Source of the DNA: a virus
Lineage: Duplodnaviria; Caudoviricetes
DNA: 52,911 nt
Reading direction: 5' to 3' (one strand)
Virus record (IMG/VR): IMGVR_UViG_3300037478_000858
Span: 1-52,911 of that record
Below, piece after piece: positions 45,966-52,911 of the stretch. Each line of letters begins with the position of its first letter. The first letter of the stretch is position 1. The position numbers and the translations under genes were made by a program. Below the pieces are notes generated by a model. It was not told the origin of the DNA. It searched no databases and saw only the letters and a program-made list of their open reading frames with translations.

Positions 45966-48680
45966 CTACGGCCTACCTCGCTTGGCATCGACCAGCGCTT
46001 GCAGCAGCTCCGCCTCGCGGCGACTGACCCGGGCGCCGCCTATCCCTCGAGCAGCGCCGGGTTCGTCGAGCACCGGGTTCCCGGTCGGCGGGAAGCCGCG
46101 AATCCACTCCGCCGCGGCCTCGAATTCATCATCGATCGCCAGCCCCAGCTGCTTGTAGGCCAAGGCGCGCTCACGAACGATGCGCCAGGCCTCAGCGCCC
46201 TCGACCTCGTAGAGCGCTTCGACCCAGCTCACTTGGGGGGAGAAAAACTCGGCGTAGGCGATATGGCTATCAAGCCAGTCGCCCGGAACCCCCATCCGCC
46301 GCATCAGCTGGTGGCTCGTGGCCTCCGTGGCCAGCTCCTCAGTGATCAGTCCGAGCCCTTCGAAGCTTCGCCACTTCCCCGGGCCGAACGAGTGCGTCGT
46401 CTCGTGCACGAACGTCGAGAACCCCTGCAGGTTGCGGCGCACGTCGGCCATCCGGCCCGCTCGGGCCGCCGCGGCGAACGCCCGCAGCTCCTCGGCCTGC
46501 CCCTGCTCCAGGGTCATGACACCGTCAGGTGTGAGCCGGCCCAGTACGCCCAGCCCGGCGTACCCCACCTCGACTTTCTTGATCGGCTTCGAGGGCTCGC
46601 CGAGCTCGAGCGCCATGTTGCCCCGCAGCTCGTTGACGGCCGCGTGGAAGTCGCCCTGCTCGAGCGGCGCGAGCACCCGCTCGAGGCGCTCCTGCTCGCT
46701 CAGCTCTCGGCGCGCAGCGCGGGCGCGCTCCCTGGCGGGCTCGACGGCTCGCTCTCGCGCGTCGATCTCCTCGGGTGTCAGGTACGGGTCGCCCGGGATA
46801 TGCCGACCACGTGCCCGCCGTGCCGCCTCCTCGGCGGCTCGCAGCTCCTCCTCGGCCTGGTCGAGTCTCGCGTTCGCGTCGAGAGCGGGTTCCGGCTCGG
46901 CCGGCGACTTGGGCTCCTCGTCCCACTCGGGCCGCCAGGGTGTGAGGGCGCAACGGCAGTTGTGCACGATGAAACCGTTGGCGATATACGACTCGTCCTC
47001 GTCGACCTGAAAGTTGTAGACGGGGCCGACGAATGGCTTGCGCCCAACGCGCACCGACAGCAACCTATACCGGTGGCCCGCCACGACAGCCCCCATGGAA
47101 CGCCGCGCATCTCGGAGGACAATCGACGCAGATACGCCAGCATGAGCGCTGCCGAGCGCAAGGCTCAGGCCGCGCCAGCGCACGACGCGGTGCGCGGAAC
47201 GAAGAAGCCGCCAGAGGTTCGCCGCCGCATGGTGGCCGCGCAGGCCGGCCGCGCGAAGTCGCACCACGAGACCGCCGTGGCGATCGCCCTGCGACGCCTC
47301 GGGGTTGAGTTCGCTATCGGCTACCAGGTGGACGTGTTCCTTGTAGACCTCGCCATCGCCTCCGATCGCGTCGCTGTCGAGATCGACGGGGGTCAGTGGC
47401 ACACCACGCCGAGGAAGTCGGCTCAGGATCGACGCAAGGAAGCTGCGCTCCTTGCGCGAGGCTGGCGCATCGTCCGTTTCCAGAACAACGCGCTCAAGTA
47501 CCCAGACCTCTGCGCCGCGCGGATCCAGCTCCTCTGCGGCGATCCAGCCGCGTGGGGTGGCGATCGGGTGATTCGGTGTGGCGCGCAGGACGTCGCCCCC
47601 CCGATGAAGCGTGACCAGGTGACCGGTCGCTACCTGCCGCGAGAGAGCTAGAACGCGGCGCCACCGGCCGCGGTGGGTGAGGACGAGATCGCCGACGGCG
47701 ATCGTCTCGATCGGCCGGTCGCCGGATGGGGTTCGCACGAGCGTCCCGGCCGGAAAGCAGTTGGGGTGTCGGGGCGGATGCGGGATGTCGCGGCCCTGGC
47801 GGTCGCGCACGAACACGCCATCGAGCTCGACCACCTTGCCGTCGAGCTCGGCGCACAGCTCGCACAGCCGGCGGTCGGCCGCCGCGTCCCACCGCTTGCT
47901 GTAGCCCGGGTCCTGCCGGTCGGCCTCCTCGAGCGCTGTCTGGTGCTGGACGTTGTACGCGTGCAGCCCTTCGGTGCGGACGATGCGCTCGGCCCAATGG
48001 TTGTACCGGCGAAACAGCCCCTCCGAGATGTTCTCGGCGATCGCTCCGGGCTCGCCAATGACGCCGCGCAGCGACACCAGCCCGCGCGGTCCACCGTGTT
48101 TGACCAGCCGTCGCGTGAGCTCCTCGAAGGTCTCGCCGCGCACCACGCCGGTGGCGAGCATCCGGCGGATGTCGGTGGACATGGCCTTGCCGTAGCGCGC
48201 GGCCGAGGCGCGGTAGCGCGGGATGAGCTGCGTCGAGCCCTCGGCGAGGATGGCCGCCTCGGCGAGTTGGAGCGGTCGCACGCTGTGACCGAACACCGCG
48301 GCGAACACCGCGACCTCCTCCTCGAGGTGGGCGATCGCCATCGCTCCGGCCGCGCGGCCCTGAGCGCGAAGCGTGCCCTCGACCTCGATCGGCAACCGCT
48401 TCTCGACGACCTCGAGGGTGTGCTCGAGCTGCAGCAGCGCCTGCCGGTAGCGCTGGGCGGTGAAGCGGAGCTCGCCGTCCGGGATCTGGGTGAGCCATCG
48501 CTCGAGGTCCTGGCGGAGCTCGGCGCGGGCGTCGGCGAGCGCGGGCGCCAGGGCGCGGACGTAGCGGTCGGGCAGGCGCGCGGCCTGCTCAGCGATCACC
48601 CCCATCACCTGGGCGACCTGGCGACGCTGTGGCTTGCGCGACGGGCGGCGGGCGCCGATGCCGGGCGGGGCGACCGACAC
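45966..48680 (-). CDS. MuF/SPP1 gp7-like minor head protein with intein and C-terminal HExxH domain
   Basis: AERIVRTE...KRWDA...RLCELCAELDG...HPN[intein]CRC; FVHETTH...TEELATE in the C-terminal extension. Confidence 0.9.
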   Translation of the reverse strand: MSVAPPGIGARRPSRKPQRRQVAQVMGVIAEQAARLPDRYVRALAPALADARAELRQDLERWLTQIPDGELRFTAQRYRQALLQLEHTLEVVEKRLPIEVEGTLRAQGRAAGAMAIAHLEEEVAVFAAVFGHSVRPLQLAEAAILAEGSTQLIPRYRASAARYGKAMSTDIRRMLATGVVRGETFEELTRRLVKHGGPRGLVSLRGVIGEPGAIAENISEGLFRRYNHWAERIVRTEGLHAYNVQHQTALEEADRQDPGYSKRWDAAADRRLCELCAELDGKVVELDGVFVRDRQGRDIPHPPRHPNCFPAGTLVRTPSGDRPIETIAVGDLVLTHRGRWRRVLALSRQVATGHLVTLHRGGDVLRATPNHPIATPRGWIAAEELDPRGAEVWVLERVVLETDDAPASRKERSFLASILSRLPRRGVPLTPVDLDSDAIGGDGEVYKEHVHLVADSELNPEASQGDRHGGLVVRLRAAGLRGHHAAANLWRLLRSAHRVVRWRGLSLALGSAHAGVSASIVLRDARRSMGAVVAGHRYRLLSVRVGRKPFVGPVYNFQVDEDESYIANGFIVHNCRCALTPWRPEWDEEPKSPAEPEPALDANARLDQAEEELRAAEEAARRARGRHIPGDPYLTPEEIDARERAVEPARERARAARRELSEQERLERVLAPLEQGDFHAAVNELRGNMALELGEPSKPIKKVEVGYAGLGVLGRLTPDGVMTLEQGQAEELRAFAAAARAGRMADVRRNLQGFSTFVHETTHSFGPGKWRSFEGLGLITEELATEATSHQLMRRMGVPGDWLDSHIAYAEFFSPQVSWVEALYEVEGAEAWRIVRERALAYKQLGLAIDDEFEAAAEWIRGFPPTGNPVLDEPGAARGIGGARVSRREAELLQALVDAKRGRP
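46959..47759 (-). mobile_element. Intein (267 aa) inserted in the MuF HPN/CRC motif
   Basis: Starts CFPAGTLV; block B LRATPNHP; ends VYNFQVDEDESYIANGFIVHN followed by Cys+1. Confidence 0.95.
47142..47651 (+). CDS. DUF559/Vsr-like endonuclease encoded antisense within the intein (alternative start GTG 47073)
   Basis: YQVDVFLVDLAI...VAVEIDGGQWH...QDRRKEAALLARGWRIVRF; basic N-terminal RGTKKPPEVRRRM segment. Confidence 0.85.
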   Translation: MSAAERKAQAAPAHDAVRGTKKPPEVRRRMVAAQAGRAKSHHETAVAIALRRLGVEFAIGYQVDVFLVDLAIASDRVAVEIDGGQWHTTPRKSAQDRRKEAALLARGWRIVRFQNNALKYPDLCAARIQLLCGDPAAWGGDRVIRCGAQDVAPPMKRDQVTGRYLPRES

Positions 48681-48869
48681 CTACTGCACCACCAAGGGCT
48701 CGGCCCACTCGATCGGCACCGCAGCCCACTTGCCGTTGTCAAGCTCGACGACGAGCACAGGGTCGGCAACCCCTCGCGGGTCGGCCTCGACGCTCACCAC
48801 GCGCCCGCATGCCCCGCCGCGTTCGATGTCGAGGTCTCGGGCGCGGACGCGGTCGCCGACGGCGATCAC
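48681..48869 (-). CDS. Small SH3-like hypothetical protein
   Basis: VGDRVRA...GRVVSV...VVELDNG; coupled between portal and MuF. Confidence 0.55.
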   Translation of the reverse strand: MIAVGDRVRARDLDIERGGACGRVVSVEADPRGVADPVLVVELDNGKWAAVPIEWAEPLVVQ

Positions 48870-50428
48870 GAATCCTCCGGCGTCTCGTCGGGTGGCTCGG
48901 ACGGTGTCCCGAGCTCGACCATCGGCCCTGCGAGCGAGTCCTGAGTGATCGCCTCCTCGAGCTCTCGGCGAATCGCCTCGCGGATCTCGTCGGTGGCCTC
49001 GTCGCCGAGGTCGGCCAGGGCGAGGCGAAGCTTGCGCGCGCGCTGGTAGGTCGCCGACGGAATCGGCACGGTCTCGAGGCCCATCGCGCGATCGATCTCG
49101 GCGCCGAGGTCAACGCCATGGAAGTCGTCCATCCCCGAAGCCACCCAACCGTCCGGGTCCCTCCGGCCGATGGCGATCGTGTTGACGGTCGCGGCAGCGT
49201 GGCGTCGACCCTCGCGGCCGAGCGCACGCAAGATGACCTCGGTGGCCTCGTGGTCGAGCTGCTTGGAGCCCTCCGACCGCCTGATGACCGCGCCGCTGTT
49301 GTCCTCGGCCAGGGCCATCTGATACATGACGCGGAAGATGTCCTCGGCCAGGCGCTTGAGGCTGTCGCCCGCGTGAGCAAAGGCTCCGGTGTCCGGGCCG
49401 ACGTACATCGCCGAGTCCTCGTGGCCGCGCACCTGGACCCAGCCCGGCCCCCTCGCCGAGGTCTGAGCTCGACCCGGGTTGCTCTGGTGCTCGCTCACCG
49501 GCGTGTCGATCCCGCCGAGCGCCGGGGCGAGGAATTCGTAGAGCTGGCTGTAGAGCGCCTTGTACTCGGCCCAGCTGAGCCCGCAGCTCTTGTTCAGATA
49601 CTCGACGGCGAGGCTGTGGAGCTTGTTGCCGGCCCACAAGCCGGCCGGCAGCTCGAGGCGGATGATCGGCGTGCGACCGAAGCTGTGACGACCTCGGCTC
49701 TCGGGCGAGATCATCGCGTCCTCGTTCGGCGGCTTGCCCTTCTCGTACTCGACCACCCAGCGCGTCCAACCCTCGGCGTCGTAGGCGGTGTACTCCTCTC
49801 GGACCTTGTCGCGCTTCTCGTACGGCGTCGGGCGCCGGCAGGACTTCGAGCAGACCATCGTCCAGTAGACCTCGCCGTCGGCGTCGGCGTCCCAATCGAG
49901 CACTGCCTCGGGGCGCAGCGGGGCCGCGTAGGCGTTGAGGGCGCCGGCCGCCTCCTGCTCCGCCTCCGACTGCGGCGACCAGTCCGGCGGCATCGTGGGC
50001 AGGTCGACGAGCGTCCAGGTGAACCCGCACAGCAGCGCGGACCGGAGCTGCTCGAGCACGAGCTCGTGGACCGAGCGCTCCCTGCCGCGCGGCGGCGAGC
50101 AGTCGGCGAACAGGTCGCGGTAGAACGACGACGGGGCGGCGTCGCCGAGGGCGAGCTCGATCGGGTCCGCCGACAGCCCGGCCACCACGTGATCAATCAC
50201 CGTCGAGAGGTGCGAGACGTAGAACGCCCGCCGCTTGCGCTCCTGGTAGACCTTCTCGGTCTCGCCGCCGTGGCGAGGGAACAGCCGGTCGAGCACCTTA
50301 GGGTTGCGGAGCAGCGCCTTGCCGCCCTCGTAGAGCGCGCGCAGCTCCTGCCAATACTCGAGGTCGTACTCGGGATGGGTCGCCTTCAGGCGGTAGTAGG
50401 CGATCGCCCGGGGCTCGAGCGCTGGCAC
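48866..50428 (-). CDS. Portal protein (DUF4055-like)
   Basis: HPEY...W...LYEGG...PRHGGETEKVYQERKRRAFY; 520 aa after terL. Confidence 0.85.
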   Translation of the reverse strand: MPALEPRAIAYYRLKATHPEYDLEYWQELRALYEGGKALLRNPKVLDRLFPRHGGETEKVYQERKRRAFYVSHLSTVIDHVVAGLSADPIELALGDAAPSSFYRDLFADCSPPRGRERSVHELVLEQLRSALLCGFTWTLVDLPTMPPDWSPQSEAEQEAAGALNAYAAPLRPEAVLDWDADADGEVYWTMVCSKSCRRPTPYEKRDKVREEYTAYDAEGWTRWVVEYEKGKPPNEDAMISPESRGRHSFGRTPIIRLELPAGLWAGNKLHSLAVEYLNKSCGLSWAEYKALYSQLYEFLAPALGGIDTPVSEHQSNPGRAQTSARGPGWVQVRGHEDSAMYVGPDTGAFAHAGDSLKRLAEDIFRVMYQMALAEDNSGAVIRRSEGSKQLDHEATEVILRALGREGRRHAAATVNTIAIGRRDPDGWVASGMDDFHGVDLGAEIDRAMGLETVPIPSATYQRARKLRLALADLGDEATDEIREAIRRELEEAITQDSLAGPMVELGTPSEPPDETPEDS

Positions 50429-50435
50429 GCCGAGA

Positions 50436-50483
50436 ACCGTCGCGCACGCCGGCGACGGCGACTAGGGGAGCGTTTACTACCGA
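50436..50483 (-). promoter_or_regulatory. Third late-promoter box upstream of portal
   Basis: AGGGGAGCGTTTACT at 50464; -10-like GACGGT at 50441-50436; GTG start 7 nt downstream. Confidence 0.55.
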
Positions 50484-50695
50484 TCCGTGGAGCGGGTGGC
50501 CAGCCTGATCCTGTACCGCCTGAGCAGCCGTCCCTGGCAGTAGAGCTCGTGGCGCAGCGGGTCACCCTGAAAGCTGCGTAGCTCGAAGTCGTCGAGCTGC
50601 ACGCCGCCCGCTGCCATGCGCCCCTGGATGTCAGTATCGATCTGGCGATCGATCTCGGCACGGGCAACATCCAGCGAGCGCAGCATCGTCGGCAT
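50477..50695 (-). CDS. Small hypothetical protein
   Basis: 72-aa ORF between terL and portal. Confidence 0.45.
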   Translation of the reverse strand: MPTMLRSLDVARAEIDRQIDTDIQGRMAAGGVQLDDFELRSFQGDPLRHELYCQGRLLRRYRIRLATRSTDR

Positions 50696-50704
50696 GCAAT
50701 CAGT

Positions 50705-52171
50705 CTACCCGAACGGCCCCGAGGCCTCGCGCGCACCGACGCCGGCGCCGTGCGGCTGGTCGCGATAGAGCAGGTTCCACGCGTGGGCGGTGACGTCGGC
50801 CTGGTCGTCCTCGGGGTCATCGACGCCGGTGACCCCGAGCAGCTCGGCCAGGTAGGTGTCCACGTCCCACGTCGCGTCCTCGGGCACCAGGACGCGGCCC
50901 TCGTTCCATGCGCCCGAGGCCGGCTGTGAGCGGATGAACTTGTCCGTGGTCGTCTTGACCTCGACGACGCGGAGCTTGGGCTCGAGATCGCGCAGCATCT
51001 GGGGGACGGCCTTGAAGCCGGCGACCGCCTCGGCGCCGATCAGCAGCCGCCGAGCGCGCTGGATCGCGAGCAGGCGCTTGACCACCCACGGCACGGGCTT
51101 CTGATGCCGCTCCACGTGGAGCACGTACATCCGGCTGGCATCGCCGTAACCGCGCATCGCGAAGACGCCGATGGCCGAGTGGTCCGCCGAGGTCTTCTCG
51201 CTGGCCGCCGGGTCGACCACGATGGCGGCGCGACAGCCGTCGAGCTTGAAGTCGGCGAGGCGGAACCGCGACGGCTCGAGGAACAGTGCGCTGCCCAGCG
51301 GCCGCGGCTGGCCCATGAATAGTGCCCACCAGAAGTACTTGTTGCGCGTGAACGGCAGCAGCTCTTCGAGCGGGTAGTAGTCGGGCCACAGCGGCCGGCC
51401 GACCTCGGAGATGTCGGGGAACCAGCCGTCGGTGAACGTGCGCCCAGCCTTGAGCGCCAGAATGCGGTCAGCTGCCGCCTCGTCGAAGTCGTAGATCGCC
51501 GGCAGCGAGATCCGCTCCCAGTCCTCGCCCTCGGTCTTGAGCAGCCGGCCGATGAGGTCGTCTTGGTGCCACCGAGTGTGGGCGACGATCGCCGAGCTGC
51601 CGGGCTCGCGCCGGTTGCGCGCTGAGCCCCAGTACCACTGCCAGACCTTCTCTCGGTAGCGAGCGGAAAGCGCATCCTGGGGCGTCGGGTACGGATCGTC
51701 GATGACCTGGACGCCGGTGGTGCCGGTACCGACGTACTGGCCGCCGATGCCGATGGCCTTGAGCCGGCCGCCGGCGCGCGTGCGCCAGTTGTCGGCCGGG
51801 CCGTAGGTCTCGACGCCGGCGAGCGCGCAGAGTCCCTGGATCTCGGTGGAGCGGTCCTTGGCGAAGTTGCCAGCCGCGCTGATGTAGGCGTTCTGCAGCC
51901 CGGGCGAGTAGCGCGTGAGGTAGGCGAGGCCGTGCTGGATGGTTGTTGTTTTCGTGTGCCGAGGCGGCAAGTCGACTGCGACCTGGAAAACCTCGCCGCG
52001 CTGGATGCGCTCGAACACGCGCCGCAGCGGCTCGACGTGGGCCGGGGATGGCCACTGCGGCGAGACGCGGTCGATGAACGACTCGAGCGTCTCGGTGCCG
52101 TACTGGAGCTCCAGGAGGGCGGTGAGCTCGCGCTCCTCGTCGTCGGTGAGGTCGGGCTCAGTCGCAGTCAT
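50705..52171 (-). CDS. terL: Terminase large subunit (allele B, complete)
   Basis: Walker A LPPRHTKT; Walker B VQVIDDP; HTRWHQDDLIG; nuclease VVDPA...DDQAD. Confidence 0.95.
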   Translation of the reverse strand: MTATEPDLTDDEERELTALLELQYGTETLESFIDRVSPQWPSPAHVEPLRRVFERIQRGEVFQVAVDLPPRHTKTTTIQHGLAYLTRYSPGLQNAYISAAGNFAKDRSTEIQGLCALAGVETYGPADNWRTRAGGRLKAIGIGGQYVGTGTTGVQVIDDPYPTPQDALSARYREKVWQWYWGSARNRREPGSSAIVAHTRWHQDDLIGRLLKTEGEDWERISLPAIYDFDEAAADRILALKAGRTFTDGWFPDISEVGRPLWPDYYPLEELLPFTRNKYFWWALFMGQPRPLGSALFLEPSRFRLADFKLDGCRAAIVVDPAASEKTSADHSAIGVFAMRGYGDASRMYVLHVERHQKPVPWVVKRLLAIQRARRLLIGAEAVAGFKAVPQMLRDLEPKLRVVEVKTTTDKFIRSQPASGAWNEGRVLVPEDATWDVDTYLAELLGVTGVDDPEDDQADVTAHAWNLLYRDQPHGAGVGAREASGPFG

Positions 52172-52373
52172 CGCCGGCGACCGGATCATCGTAGAGCCGG
52201 ACCGGTCGCCGACCGCGGAACTTCGGGCTCACCCTGCCCGTCCGCCGCAGCGAGCGGTTGGCGAACTTGCGCCACCAGCGCCGCGCCCTGGCAACGTGCG
52301 TCGAGTTTGCACCCTTGCCGGGATTGGCGCTCTCGAAGCGCGGCCCGGTCTCGGTACCCCTGCGACGGCTCAC
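52158..52373 (-). CDS. Small basic hypothetical protein (allele B insert)
   Basis: 71 aa, Arg-rich, coupled to neighbours. Confidence 0.45.
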   Translation of the reverse strand: MSRRRGTETGPRFESANPGKGANSTHVARARRWWRKFANRSLRRTGRVSPKFRGRRPVRLYDDPVAGDDCD

Positions 52374-52609
52374 CGGGGCCCTTCCACATCGACCACGACT
52401 TCAACGACTGGCCAGCGCCAGGTTCGCTCCGTCGTGCCCTCTCGAACCCGATGCGTCGGCACGGTCTCGCTGCGATAGAACACGGTGAGGTCAACGTGGC
52501 CGTCGTCGTGAACGCCCGTGACGATCGCTGGGACCAACGGGGGTTCGAGCTCCTCGGGGATCTGCGCGGCGACTTGGAAGTGGACGATACGTCCGATGGT
52601 CGGTGTCAT
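52370..52609 (-). CDS. 'PTIGRIVHF' small phage protein (allele B insert); paralog of 27891..28142
   Basis: AGGAGA RBS; MTPTIGRIVHF...PAIVTGV...VDLTVF...WRWP. Confidence 0.7.
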   Translation of the reverse strand: MTPTIGRIVHFQVAAQIPEELEPPLVPAIVTGVHDDGHVDLTVFYRSETVPTHRVREGTTERTWRWPVVEVVVDVEGPR

Positions 52610-52650
52610 AGCTGTCTCCTGGGTCTGGGGTTTGGCTGTGGACGGCGATT

Positions 52651-52911
52651 TCACTCGGACTCTCGCTTCGCCTGCAGCTCCTGCAGCTCCTCGATCCGCT
52701 TCGCCCTCTGCGCCGGCGTCAACGCCAGTACTCGCGCGAGCAGGTCCTCGCCGGCGTTGAGCGTCATCGACGCGTGTGCCTTGCCCCACCCGCGGTCGAG
52801 CAACTCCTTCGCCGCGACCAGCCTGTCCGCCGCGCGCTGCTTGTCGTCGGCCAGGATGCCCAACAGGAAGGCGACGATATCGCCAGGATCGACCAGCTCG
52901 CGGACGCGTTC
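52651..52911 (-). CDS. terS: Terminase small subunit-like, 3' part (allele B, truncated by window edge)
   Basis: Near-identical to 1246..1623 but with a different C-terminus (ELQELQAKRESE). Confidence 0.8.
   Translation of the reverse strand, partial: ERVRELVDPGDIVAFLLGILADDKQRAADRLVAAKELLDRGWGKAHASMTLNAGEDLLARVLALTPAQRAKRIEELQELQAKRESE

Noticed and set aside
45849-47072. N-terminal ~400 codons of the 600-aa plus-strand ORF 45849..47651
   Set aside because: Shadow of the MuF C-terminus and intein C-terminal block; only the part from ~47073/47142 looks like a real protein.
51940-51975. Non-canonical TerL Walker A (PPRHTKT / PPRHVKS rather than PPRHGKS) as a sign of inactivation
   Set aside because: The catalytic Lys-Ser/Thr, Walker B and nuclease acidic residues are intact; variation at this position is plausible in this terminase group.

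Overview
The window is essentially one complete ~51.4-51.8 kb, very GC-rich temperate phage genome with a contractile tail. Spanin-like lysis genes imply a Gram-negative host; the host is otherwise unknown. Left to right: TerL 5' end and TerS (copy A); a leftward replication operon (LexA-like wHTH, VRR-NUC-like nuclease, DnaB, iteron-containing initiator, DUF559 nuclease); a Cro/CI-like switch with five 15-bp operators; and a rightward operon (YqaJ/RecT, Dcm remnant, SNF2-like helicase plus amino-methyltransferase, Xis, tyrosine integrase). An attP-like tRNA-Leu 3' end lies inside the integrase 3' end, followed by a relic of a second integrase with a tRNA-Phe fragment. Next come an RHH/HNH cassette and the leftward late region (lysis, baseplate, tape measure, sheath/tube, neck, capsid, scaffold, MuF, portal, TerL/TerS copy B). 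The two ends repeat terL/terS as diverged alleles with different inserted genes. The most striking element is in the MuF gene: a 267-aa intein whose interior has no sense-strand endonuclease, while the opposite strand encodes a motif-complete DUF559/Vsr-like endonuclease. The same MuF carries a HExxH C-terminal extension. A conserved palindromic box precedes three late transcription units. All functional calls come from motif recognition by eye; no database searches were run.
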